A stretch of 64,000 nt of DNA from Alphaproteobacteria bacterium. GTDB taxonomy: Bacteria > Pseudomonadota > Alphaproteobacteria > Bin95. Below the pieces are notes generated by a model, which made no database searches, was not told the origin of the DNA, and was given only the letters and a program-made list of their open reading frames with translations. A program made the translations under genes and the position numbers. The stretch is taken from the NCBI GenBank assembly GCA_963665325.3, contig CAXXWS020000002.1, positions 864,001-928,000 of the forward strand, in the 5' to 3' direction. Below, in pieces: positions 50,468-63,006 of this stretch; positions within the stretch are counted from its first letter, which is position 1, and each line of letters begins with the position of its first letter.

Positions 50468-50583
50468 CGCCGATTCCCTCTCGGGCCGGGATTGTGAATC
50501 TCCCTCTTCGCGCTTGCAAGCAGCGCTTCGTGTCGGTCGGCGAGGACCGCCGCACGTTCCGTGCCCTCTGGTCGTTTTCCGCA

Positions 50584-50596
50584 AATTGTGACAATT
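50584..50596. promoter_or_regulatory. Palindromic operator candidate
   Basis: AATTGT-G-ACAATT in a divergent intergenic region. Confidence 0.45.
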
Positions 50597-50711
50597 ATGC
50601 GTCTCAGGGACGCATTCGGGCGCGGCAAGGGTTGCGTCGGTCTGCGAGTTCGCGGATACCCGCCGCTTTGCTTGAACGGGATGGGCGGGAGCGTTGCGAG
50701 AACCCCCAACC

Positions 50712-51350
50712 ATGGGAAAATCGGCACAGGCAGGAAAGAAGAGCGCGCGCCCCGCTGTTTGTAGTCTTCTGGCGCTGTTCTGTCTCGCGGCTGCGCCGGT
50801 AGGCGCCGGCAACATGCCGCCGCCGGCCGAGACCTTTGGCGATGCCATGCGCTGGTACGGACGCGCCGCCGAGGCCGGCGACCCGCAAGCGCAATTCTAT
50901 CTGGGCTATATCCACGATCGTGCCCTGCATGGGGCGAACAGCATGTCGGATGCGCTTTCCTGGTATCGCCGCGCGGCGGCCCAGGGGGAGGTCCGGTCGC
51001 AGTTCCGGCTGGGTCTCCTGTTCGACACGGACCCTCGCCTGCCCCGCGACCCGGCGCAAGCGCAAACCTGGTACGAAGCCGCTGCGGCGCAGGGCCATGC
51101 AGAGGCGCGCTTCAACCTCGCGCGGCTGATCGAAGCGGAAGATGCCGCTCGCGCCGTCACGCTCTATACGCTCGCGGCGGAAGCTGGAATCGCGCCTGCG
51201 GCCTTCAATCTGGCGCTGCTCCGCATCAACGGGCCGGATGAGGTTTACGATTCCGCAGAGGCATGGCGCTGGACCCTACGGGCGCAGGACCTGGGCGCTC
51301 CGGGGGCGAAGGAACTGCGGAAACGGCTGTCCGCCGCCTTCGACGAGTAG
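50712..51350 (+). CDS. Secreted Sel1-like repeat protein
   Basis: Repeats WY.RAA..G...AQ/ARF.L; hydrophobic N-terminal segment. Confidence 0.88.
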   Translation: MGKSAQAGKKSARPAVCSLLALFCLAAAPVGAGNMPPPAETFGDAMRWYGRAAEAGDPQAQFYLGYIHDRALHGANSMSDALSWYRRAAAQGEVRSQFRLGLLFDTDPRLPRDPAQAQTWYEAAAAQGHAEARFNLARLIEAEDAARAVTLYTLAAEAGIAPAAFNLALLRINGPDEVYDSAEAWRWTLRAQDLGAPGAKELRKRLSAAFDE

Positions 51351-51375
51351 GCCGGCAAAGGCAGTTCTGGCGCAA

Positions 51376-51570
51376 TCAGGACGCCGCCGCCGCGCCCCCG
51401 GCCAACCTGCGCGGCAGGTCGGCCATTACGGCGTCGCGCTCCGCCTCCGCCATCCGGGCCCAGCCCGCGATCTCGGAAAGCCGGCGGCCGCAGCCTTCGC
51501 AGTACTGCGTCTCCGGTGAGATACGGCAGACTTTGACGCAAGGGCTGGAAACGGGGCGCGGCGCGGTCAT
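51376..51570 (-). CDS. DUF1289 family small Cys-rich protein
   Basis: SPCVKVC, YCEGCGRRLSEIAGW. Confidence 0.85.
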   Translation of the reverse strand: MTAPRPVSSPCVKVCRISPETQYCEGCGRRLSEIAGWARMAEAERDAVMADLPRRLAGGAAAAS

Positions 51571-51678
51571 GGTCGACGAAGATAGAGTGCGGTCGCAGTT
51601 TGCGGCAAGCGTGCTTTGGCTTGGCGCCCGGCTTGGGGTAAACCGTGCGGGCGCAGCGAGAGGGGGAAGCGGCGGATC

Positions 51679-52338
51679 ATGGGACAGACCATCGCGATCA
51701 TCGGCGGCACGGGCGCGCTCGGCACGGGCTTTGCGCGGCGCTGGGCGGATGCCGGCCACAAGGTGGTGATCGGGTCGCGCACGCAGGAGCGGGCCGATGC
51801 CGCCGCGGCGGAAGCGGGCCACGGCGCCGTCGGCCTCGTCAATCCCGAAGCGGCGGCCGCTGCCGACATCGTGGTGCTGACCGTTCCCTACGCCCACCAC
51901 AAGAGCACCATCGAGAGCATTGCGGATGGCCTCGAAGGCAAGATCCTGGTGGACGCAACCGTGCCGCTGATGCCGCCGAGGGTCGGCACGGTGCAGCTTC
52001 CCGAGGCCGGATCGGCGGCGGTGGAGGCGCAGGCCTATCTCGGCGAGCGCGCAACCGTCGTTTCGGCGTTCCAGAATGTGGCGGCTGCGCACCTGCAGGC
52101 CCTCCACGACATCGACTGCGATGTCCTGGTGGCGGGCGACAAGCTCGCGGCACGCGAGACCGTGATCGCGCTGGCGGAGGATCTCGGCCTGCGCGGCTGG
52201 CACGCCGGGCCGCTCGCGAACTCCGCCGCTGCCGAGGCGCTGACCTCCGTTATCATCCAGATCAACCGGCGCTACGGCATCGACGGCGCCGGCCTCCGCA
52301 TTACCGGTCTGCCGGCGGCGGAGCAGGGCCGCGCGTGA
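51679..52338 (+). CDS. npdG: NADPH-dependent F420 reductase (Fno/NpdG)
   Basis: IAIIGGTGALG, VIGSR, LTVP, LVDATVPL, VVSAFQNV, GPLANS; adjacent to cofE and cofD. Confidence 0.88.
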   Translation: MGQTIAIIGGTGALGTGFARRWADAGHKVVIGSRTQERADAAAAEAGHGAVGLVNPEAAAAADIVVLTVPYAHHKSTIESIADGLEGKILVDATVPLMPPRVGTVQLPEAGSAAVEAQAYLGERATVVSAFQNVAAAHLQALHDIDCDVLVAGDKLAARETVIALAEDLGLRGWHAGPLANSAAAEALTSVIIQINRRYGIDGAGLRITGLPAAEQGRA

Positions 52339-53090
52339 CACGTCGCCTGGAGCTGATCGCGCTGCCCGGCCTGCCGATGGTGGAGCCGGGCGACGATCTT
52401 GCCGGAATTATCTCGGACGGTCTGGAACGGGCCGGAACCGGGCTTGAAGCAGGCGACATCCTCGTGGTCGCGCAGAAGATCGTCTCCAAGGCCGAGGGAC
52501 GCTACGCCTTCCCGGCGGAGACGACGCCGTCCCCCGACGCGAAACGGCTGGCGGCGCTGACGCACAAGGACCCCACCCATGTCGAAATCCTGCTGGAGGA
52601 AACGGCCGAGATTGTCCGCCACCGGCCGGGCGTGGTGGTCGTCGAGCACAGGCTCGGCCATGTGATGGCGAATGCCGGCATAGACCACTCCAATATCGAG
52701 GCCGGGCGCCTGCTGCTGCTGCCGCGCGACCCGGACGCGTCCGCAAGGGGGTTGCGCGCTGCTTTAGCCGAGCGCTGGGGCATTGCTCCCGGCGTCATCG
52801 TTTCCGACAGCTTCGGGCGAGCCTGGCGGGTCGGCACATGCGGTGTTGCGATCGGCATTGCCGGCCTGCCGGCAATAGACGACCGGCGCGGCGAGCCCGA
52901 CCTGTTCGGCCAGCCGCTCGAAGTCACCATTGTCGGCCAGGCGGACGAGATCGCGGCCGCGGCCTCGATCCTGCAGGGACAGGCGGACGAAGCGACGCCG
53001 GTGGTGCTGGTGCGCGGGCTCAGCCTGCCGGAAGACGATAGCGGCGTCGGCCCGCTGCTGCGCGACCGGGCGACGGACCTGTTCCGGTGA
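52335..53090 (+). CDS. cofE: Coenzyme F420-0:L-glutamate ligase
   Basis: PMVEPGDDL, KIVSKAEG, ANAGIDHSN, DSFGRAWR. Confidence 0.93.
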   Translation: MTRRLELIALPGLPMVEPGDDLAGIISDGLERAGTGLEAGDILVVAQKIVSKAEGRYAFPAETTPSPDAKRLAALTHKDPTHVEILLEETAEIVRHRPGVVVVEHRLGHVMANAGIDHSNIEAGRLLLLPRDPDASARGLRAALAERWGIAPGVIVSDSFGRAWRVGTCGVAIGIAGLPAIDDRRGEPDLFGQPLEVTIVGQADEIAAAASILQGQADEATPVVLVRGLSLPEDDSGVGPLLRDRATDLFR

Positions 53091-53989
53091 AAGTCGCGGC
53101 GCTCTCCGGCGGCGTCGGCGGCGCGAAGCTGGCTGAGGGCCTCGCACGCACCGGCGCGGACCTGACCGTGATCGCCAATACGGGCGATGATTTCGAGCAT
53201 CTCGGCCTATCGATTTCGCCGGATATCGACTCGCTGGTCTATGCGCTGTCAGGTCTTGCCGACCGGGAACGCGGCTGGGGACGCGCGAACGAAAGCTGGA
53301 ATTTCATGGCCGCCGTCGGCGCGCTCGGCGGCGAGACCTGGTTCAATCTCGGAGACGGCGATCTGGCGATGCATGTGGTGCGCAGCGCGCGCCTCGCAGC
53401 CGGGGAACCGCTCTCGGCCGTGACGGCCGGCATCCTCCGGCAGCTTGGCGTGGAGGCGCGGGTGCTTCCTGCGACCGACCGACTGTTGCGTACCCTCGTC
53501 GAAACAGAGTCCGGGCAGCTTGCCTTCCAGCACTATTTCGTGCGCGAACGCACGGCCCCGCGCGTCACGGGCTTCGTTTTCGAAGGCGCCGAGACGGCCC
53601 GGCCGGCGCCGGGCGCATTGGAAGCCCTGCGGGAAGCGGACCGTATCGTCATCTGTCCGTCCAACCCCTATATCAGCGTCGACCCGATCCTCGCCGTCGT
53701 GGGCTACCGGGAATCGGTGCGCGATGCGGTCTGCGTGTCTCCCATCATCGGGGGCAAGGCGGTCAAGGGGCCGGCGGCGAAGATGATGGCGGAGCTCGGT
53801 GTCGAGCCCTCGTCGCTCGCAATCGCCCGCCACTATCGCGGCATGATACGAACGCTGGTGATCGACGAAGCCGATGCGCATGAGGCCGAGGCGATCGAAG
53901 CGGAGGGCGTGTACGCCATCGTTGCGCCCACGCTGATGGGCGGGCCGGCAGACGCGGAGCGGCTCGCCCGGATCGTGCTGGAGGCCTGA
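53087..53989 (+). CDS. cofD: 2-phospho-L-lactate transferase
   Basis: LSGGVGGAKL, ANTGDD, ISPDID, WFNLGDGD, PSNPYISVDPIL, KGPAAKMM. Confidence 0.95.
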   Translation: MKVAALSGGVGGAKLAEGLARTGADLTVIANTGDDFEHLGLSISPDIDSLVYALSGLADRERGWGRANESWNFMAAVGALGGETWFNLGDGDLAMHVVRSARLAAGEPLSAVTAGILRQLGVEARVLPATDRLLRTLVETESGQLAFQHYFVRERTAPRVTGFVFEGAETARPAPGALEALREADRIVICPSNPYISVDPILAVVGYRESVRDAVCVSPIIGGKAVKGPAAKMMAELGVEPSSLAIARHYRGMIRTLVIDEADAHEAEAIEAEGVYAIVAPTLMGGPADAERLARIVLEA

Positions 53990-53990
53990 G

Positions 53991-54605
53991 ATGCCGGACC
54001 CGCTCGGCGATTTTTCCTTCACCTGGCCGCTCTATGCAGCGTTTCTGGCGGCATATCTGCTGGGTAGCGTTCCGTTCGGCCTGCTGCTTACCCGCCTCGC
54101 TGGCACGGGCGACCTGCGGCAGATCGGCTCGGGCAATATCGGCGCGACCAACGTGCTGCGCACCGGGCGCAAGGGGCTGGCGGCGCTTACGCTGCTGCTC
54201 GATATGGGCAAGGGCGCGGGTGCCGTGGCGATTGCGGACTACTGGTTCGGCCCGAGCATGGCGGTGTTCGCCGCGCTCGGCGTTGTCGTCGGGCATATCG
54301 CGCCGGTCTGGCTTCGCTTCCGGGGCGGCAGGGGCGTGGCGACCGCTTTCGGGGTGCTGTTCGTCTTCGCATGGTCCGTCGGCCTTGCGGCAGCGGCTGT
54401 CTGGCTCGCCGCGGCCGCCCTGTTCCGCTATTCGTCCCTCGCGGCGATCCTTGCCATCGGCTCCTCGCCGGCATGGGCCTGGGCGCTTGTCGGCGCTGCC
54501 GAAGCGGAGGTAGCCGGCCTGATTGCGATTGCCGTGATCGCCCGCCATGCCGGCAATATCCGCCGACTGCTGAAAGGCGAGGAAAGCCGGATCCGGCTTC
54601 GATGA
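53991..54605 (+). CDS. plsY: Glycerol-3-phosphate acyltransferase
   Basis: YLLGSVPFG, GSGNIGATNVLR, GGRGVAT, RHAGNIRRL. Confidence 0.95.
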   Translation: MPDPLGDFSFTWPLYAAFLAAYLLGSVPFGLLLTRLAGTGDLRQIGSGNIGATNVLRTGRKGLAALTLLLDMGKGAGAVAIADYWFGPSMAVFAALGVVVGHIAPVWLRFRGGRGVATAFGVLFVFAWSVGLAAAAVWLAAAALFRYSSLAAILAIGSSPAWAWALVGAAEAEVAGLIAIAVIARHAGNIRRLLKGEESRIRLR

Positions 54606-55683
54606 TCGCGAGATTGCGTCTGGCGCGGACGCCCGGTATCGGGCCGATCCGCTACTTCGAACTCGTCGAGCGGCTGGGCTCGGCGGAGGCGGCGCTGGAG
54701 GCGCTGCCGGGTTTCGGCTTCCGGCCCCCCTCCGGAAGAAGCGCGGAAGAGGAACTGGAGGCGTTGGACCGCCTCGGCGCAACGCCCGTCTGGTTCGGCG
54801 ACGACGACTATCCGGCGGCGCTTTCGCGGATTGCCGACCCGCCGCCTGTCGTTGCAGCGTTGGGCGACCTCGCGCTGGCTGCGGCGCCGGTTGTCGCCAT
54901 GGTGGGCGCGCGCAACGCCTCCGCAGCCGGTCAGCGCATGGCGGAGCAACTGGCGCGCGCACTCGGCGAGGCCGGATTCACGGTGGTCTCTGGGCTGGCG
55001 CGCGGAATCGACGCGGCCGCCCACAGGGGCGCGCTGGCCAGCGGCACCATCGCTGTGCTGGCCGGTGGCATCGACCGGCCCTACCCGCCGCAGAACCGGG
55101 CCCTGTTCGACGCCATAGCGGCCGAAGGCCTCGCGCTTGCCGAAAACCCGCCAGGATTCCAGGCGCGGGCGCAGGACTTTCCGCGCCGCAACCGCGTTGT
55201 TGCCGGGCTCGCGGCCGGTGTCGTCGTGATCGAGGCGGCGGCTCGGTCCGGATCGTTGATTACGGCGCGTCTGGCCGCCGAGGAAGGGCGCCAGGTGTTC
55301 GCCGTGCCGGGCTCGCCGCTGGACCCGCGCAATGCCGGCGGCCACGACCTGATCCGCAACGGCGCGACGCTTGTCACCGGCGCGGAGGATATAGTCGAAG
55401 CGCTGGCCGACAGCATCGCAGCGCCGCCTCGTGTTCGCCCGACTGCAAGCCGACCGGTTCGCGCCGTAACGCCGCCTCCGCCCCCCGCCGCGCCGTCCGG
55501 CCAGGACGGGCCTGAGGCCGAAGACAGCCTGCTTTCGGCGCTCGGTCCCGTTCCGGTCACAGTTGACGAACTGGCCCGCCGGTGCCACTTGTCGAGCGGC
55601 GCTGTGGCCGCAATGCTGCTCGATCTTGAGTTGGCAGGCCGTGTCGAACGCCATCCTGGACAACGGGTTTCATTGATATCGCG

Positions 55684-55687
<4 letters not shown>
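54602..55687 (+). CDS. dprA: DNA-processing protein DprA
   Basis: VGARNAS, VSGLARGID, FPRRNR, SGSLITA, FAVPGSP. Confidence 0.95.
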
Positions 55688-58304
<2,617 letters not shown>

Positions 58305-58308
<4 letters not shown>

Positions 58309-60380
58309 CGCTCCCCGATCGCGAAAGCCTGCTCGCCTTCGTTGCCGAACGCGGCGGGCCGGTGGATCGCAAGGAGATCGCCCGCGCCTTCCGGCTCAAG
58401 GGTGCGGAGCGGGCAGCGTTGCGCGACCTGTTGCGCGATCTGGAGGATGAGGGCGCGATAGACCGCCGCCGCGGCCGCCGCGTTGCCACGGGACTGCCCG
58501 AGGTAACGGTGGTGGAGGTCGCGGGCCGCACCGACGATGGCGATCTGCTGGCACGCCCTGCCGGCCGCCGGGGCGTGCCCGCGCCGGAGATCGTCGTCGA
58601 CGAGCCGGGTCCGGGCCCGCTTCCGGCCGAAGGCGCCAAGCTACTGGTGCGTCTCAGGCCGGCGGGCGACGGCGGCTATCTGGCCCGCGTGATGCGCCGG
58701 CTGACGGCTGCGCCGGCGGATGTACTGGGCGTCATTTCAGAGGAAGAGGGCGAACTGGTGCTCCGCCCGGCGGACCGCGGCCGGAACAGGGAATTCGCTA
58801 TATCGGAAGCGGCCGGCGCGGAGCCCGGCGATATCGTGCGCGCTTCTGTGCTGCCCGGACGGCGCGGGCCGCGGCGCTCGGTCCGGGTGGTCGAGTGCAT
58901 GGGCCGCCATGACGGTCCGGGCGCGCTCTCGACCCTGACGCTGCTGGAGCACGGCATCGAAGAGCCGTTCCCGCCCGAGGTGCTGGCCGAGGCGGAAGCC
59001 GCGCGGCTTCCGGACCCCGACGGGCGCACGGACCTGACGGGCATGGCGCTGGTGACTGTGGACGACGAGGACGCGCGCGATTTCGACGATGCCGTTTATG
59101 CCGAGCCGGACGAGGACGGCGGCTGGCGCGTGACCGTCGCCATCGCGGATATCGCCAGCTATGTCCGGCCGGGAAGCGCGCTGGACCGGGAGGCCGCGCG
59201 GCGCGGCAATTCGGTCTACCTGCCGGATCGGGCCGTGCCCATGCTGCCCAAGCAGCTTTCCAGCTGGCTCGGCAGCCTCATGCCCGGCGAGGACAGGCCG
59301 TGCCTGGCGGTGGAGCTTCGTGTCGGCCCGGGAGGCGCGCTTCGCGGCCATCGTTTCCGGCGGGCCTGGATGCGGTCTTCGGCGCGGCTCACCTACCGCG
59401 CGCTTCAGGATGCACTGGATGGACCCGATTCGCCCCCGCACCTCGCCCATCTGGAAGGGGCGTTCCGCGCGCTGGAACGCGCGCGGAAGCGGCGCGGCGC
59501 GCTGGAACTCGAACTTCCCGAGCGGAAGATCGTGTTCGACACCGCCGGAAACGCGGTGGCGGTGGACGCGCGCGAGCGGTTGACGGCGCATCGCATCGTC
59601 GAGGAGTTCATGATCGCGGCCAATGTCGCCGCTGCCGAGACGCTGGAGAGCAAGGGCCAGATCTGCATGCGGCGGGTCCACGAGCGGCCCGACCCGGCGC
59701 GAATCGAGGCGATGCGGAGCCTGCTGCGCGATCTGGGCCATCCGGTTTCCTTCGGCGAGTTGCAGCGCCCCGGCCAGTTCAACACCCTGCTCGCGCGGCT
59801 TGCGGGCACACCCTTTGCGGCGCTGGCGCACGAACTGGTGCTGCGCGCCCAGGCCCAGGCCGTTTATACGCCGGAAATGCGCGGGCATTTCGGCCTCGGG
59901 CTTGCGCGCTATGCGCATTTCACCTCGCCGATCCGGCGCTATGCCGACCTGCTCGTACATCGCGCACTGATTGCAGCGCTCGGGCTCGGCGCCGGCGGGC
60001 TGGAAGACGAATCGGGCTTCCACGAGCTGGCCGAGAACCTTTCGACGACCGAGCGCCGCGCCGCGGCGGCAGAGCGCCGGGCGGTGGACCGCTATGCTGC
60101 GGCGGTGCTGGAAAGCCGGGCGGGCGAAGTCTTCGAGGGGCGCATCGTCGGCGTGCAGCGCTTCGGCCTGTTCCTGCGCCTCGCCGGCCAGGGCGCGGAC
60201 GGCATCCTGCCGGTGGGCGCGCTCGGCGGCGAGTATTTCCGCCACGATGCGCGCCGCCACACGCTGGCCGGCAGCGCCACCGGGCGCACATTCAGCCTGG
60301 GCGACACCCTCTCCGTCAGCCTCACGGTAGCCGACCCGGTCAGCGGCGGCGTGGTGCTGGCCTTGGGAGAAGGAGCGTAA
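58305..60380 (+). CDS. rnr: Ribonuclease R
   Basis: DARDFDDA, RGNSVYLP, HFTSPIRRYADL, C-terminal S1-like region. Confidence 0.92.
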
Positions 60381-60438
60381 CCGCACTATGCTGCCTCGAC
60401 CCGCCCGATTGTCGATGGCGGCGAGTATGGGGACCGGT

Positions 60439-61440
60439 ATGCGAAGCAAGTTGTTTTCCCTCGTGGCGATCCTGTCGGTCCTGACGACCGCAACGGCATT
60501 CGCCGGAGAGTTCAAACCCGCCGTCGTCTATGACATCGGCAGCAAATTCGACAAGAGCTTCAACGAGAGCGTCTGGAACGGCGTCCAGAAGTTCTCGAAG
60601 GAGACCGGCATCAAGGTCGCCGAGTTTCAGATTACCAACGAAACCCAGCGTGAGCAGGCCATGCGTCGCCTTGTCGAACGCGGCGCGACCATGGTGATCG
60701 CTGTCGGCTTCTCGCAGGCGGACGCAATCGATGCGGTGGCGGCCGAGTTCCCCGACCGCCAGTTCGCGATCATCGACGTCTCGTGGCTCGACCGGCCCAA
60801 TCTGCGCCAGTATGTCTTCAAGGAGCATGAGGGCAGCTACCTGGTCGGCATCGCTGCGGTCATGGCCAGCAAGACCGGCAAGGTCGGCTTCGTCGGCGGC
60901 ATGGACATCCCCCTCATCCGCAAGTTCCAGTGCGGCTATCTCCAGGGCGCGAAGGCCGCGAACGCCGATGTCGAGGTGCTGCAAGCGATGACCGGCACAA
61001 CCCCGGCCGCGTGGAACGACCCGACCAAGGCATCCGAACTGGCCAAGGGGCAGATGGATCGCGGCGCGGACGTCGTCTATCACGCTGCCGGCAGAAGCGG
61101 CCTTGGCGTGATCCAGGCCGCGGCCGATGCCGGCAAGCTCGCCATCGGCGTGGATTCGAACCAGAACGGGCTGGCGCCGGGTTCTGTGCTGACCTCGATG
61201 CTGAAGCGCGTCGATGTCGCCACTTACGAGACGCTGAAGGACGGCCTGACGGGCGAATTCACCGCCGGCGTGCGCAGCCTCGGCCTCGCGGAAGGCGGCG
61301 TGGACTGGGCGCAGGACGAGCACAATGCCGGCCTGCTGACCGACGACCTCAAGGCCGCGGTCGAGGGCGCCAAGGCCGACATCGTGTCGGGCAAGATTCT
61401 TGTCCACGACTATATGAGCGACTCGACCTGCCCCGGTTGA
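60439..61440 (+). CDS. BMP family ABC transporter substrate-binding protein (nucleoside-type)
   Basis: KFDKSFN, FKEHEGSYLVG, AIGVDSNQ, TSMLKRVD. Confidence 0.92.
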   Translation: MRSKLFSLVAILSVLTTATAFAGEFKPAVVYDIGSKFDKSFNESVWNGVQKFSKETGIKVAEFQITNETQREQAMRRLVERGATMVIAVGFSQADAIDAVAAEFPDRQFAIIDVSWLDRPNLRQYVFKEHEGSYLVGIAAVMASKTGKVGFVGGMDIPLIRKFQCGYLQGAKAANADVEVLQAMTGTTPAAWNDPTKASELAKGQMDRGADVVYHAAGRSGLGVIQAAADAGKLAIGVDSNQNGLAPGSVLTSMLKRVDVATYETLKDGLTGEFTAGVRSLGLAEGGVDWAQDEHNAGLLTDDLKAAVEGAKADIVSGKILVHDYMSDSTCPG

Positions 61441-61452
61441 GGCGGCGGCCCG

Positions 61453-63006
61453 TTGGCCCGGAACGGCGGCTCGGGCGGGGCTGACGGCCCTGCGGTCCGG
61501 CTTCGGGGCGTCACCAGGCGCTTCGGCGCCGTTCTGGCGAATGACGATGTGGACCTGGACATCCTGCCGGGCACGATCCACGGTATCGTCGGCGAGAACG
61601 GGGCCGGCAAGTCCACGCTCGCCTCGATAATCTACGGCCTCTACACGGCCGACCGGGGCTCCATCGAGATCGACGGCAGGGCGGCGTCCATCCGCAGCCC
61701 GGCGGACGCCATCGCGCTCGGCGTCGGCATGGTCCACCAGCACTTCATGCTGGTGCCGACCTTCACCGTGCTGGAAAACGTCATGCTCGGCATGGAGGGC
61801 GGGTTCCTGCTGGGCAGCGGGGAAGCCGGTATCCGCGCGGAGCTGGAGAGCCTGGGCCGCAGGCACGGCCTTGAGGTGGACCCGGACGCCCTCGTTGACG
61901 ACCTGCCGGTCGGCCTGCGCCAGCGCGTCGAAATCCTGAAGGCGTTGTTTCGCGGCGCCCGCATCCTGATCCTCGACGAGCCGACCGGGGTGCTGACCCC
62001 GGACGAGACGGACCAGCTCTTCGCCGTCCTCAACGCGATCCGCGACGCCGGCGGCACGGTCGTGCTGATTACCCACAAGCTGCGCGAGGTGATGGCGGTC
62101 TGCGACACGGTCTCGGTGATGCGCCACGGCAGGCTGGCCGGCCAACGCAGCGCGGCGGACACGACGACCGGCGAACTCGCCGAGCTCATGGTCGGGCGCA
62201 AGGTCGGCCAGCCGGCGCGGCCGCCCGAAGGCGCAGTGCGAACCCCGGTCCTGCGGGCCTCGGGGCTGGGCTGGAAGAGCGCTGCCGGCGCCGTGCGCCT
62301 GGAGGGAGTCGACCTGGAGTTGCGGGCCGGCGAGATACTCGGCGTGGCCGGCGTCTCGGGCAACGGCCAGTCCGAACTGCTCGACATCCTGTCCGCCATG
62401 TCGCCTGTGCAGGAGGGGTATATCGACTTCGCCGGGCGGCGGATCGACGCGGCCCATCCGGCGACGCCTGCGGAAATGCGCGCGCTCGGGCTGGCGCATG
62501 TCCCGGAAGACCGCCAGCAGCGGGGGCTGGTCCTGCCGTTCGAAGCTCGGGAAAACGCCGTGCTGGGCAGGCCGGAGAGCGCCGGGCCCGGTCTGTGGAC
62601 GAGCGGCGCGGCGATGCAGGCGCATGCCGAGCTGCTGATCGCGCGCTTCGATATCCGTCCGCCGGAGCCGGGACTGCCGGCGGCGGGGTTTTCCGGCGGC
62701 AACCAGCAGAAGATCGTGCTGGCGCGGGAGTTCGACGGCGTGCCCCATGTGCTGCTCCTCGGCCAGCCGACGCGCGGCGTCGATGTCGGCACCATCGAGA
62801 CCATCCATGCGCAGGTCCTGGCGCTGAAGGAACAAGGCTCGGCCATCCTGCTGGTATCGACGGAACTCGACGAGATACTCGCGCTCGCCGACCGGATCGT
62901 GGCGATGAATGCCGGGCGCGTGACCGGTACAATTGCGGCGGAAGGCGCGACGCCGAGGCAGCTTGGGCTGATGATGACCGGCGCCGGCGACGGGGCCGCG
63001 GTGTGA
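61453..63006 (+). CDS. ABC transporter ATP-binding protein (two NBDs, nucleoside/sugar type)
   Basis: GENGAGKST, MVHQHFML, DEPT, SGGNQQK, QPTRGVD. Confidence 0.93.
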   Translation: MARNGGSGGADGPAVRLRGVTRRFGAVLANDDVDLDILPGTIHGIVGENGAGKSTLASIIYGLYTADRGSIEIDGRAASIRSPADAIALGVGMVHQHFMLVPTFTVLENVMLGMEGGFLLGSGEAGIRAELESLGRRHGLEVDPDALVDDLPVGLRQRVEILKALFRGARILILDEPTGVLTPDETDQLFAVLNAIRDAGGTVVLITHKLREVMAVCDTVSVMRHGRLAGQRSAADTTTGELAELMVGRKVGQPARPPEGAVRTPVLRASGLGWKSAAGAVRLEGVDLELRAGEILGVAGVSGNGQSELLDILSAMSPVQEGYIDFAGRRIDAAHPATPAEMRALGLAHVPEDRQQRGLVLPFEARENAVLGRPESAGPGLWTSGAAMQAHAELLIARFDIRPPEPGLPAAGFSGGNQQKIVLAREFDGVPHVLLLGQPTRGVDVGTIETIHAQVLALKEQGSAILLVSTELDEILALADRIVAMNAGRVTGTIAAEGATPRQLGLMMTGAGDGAAV

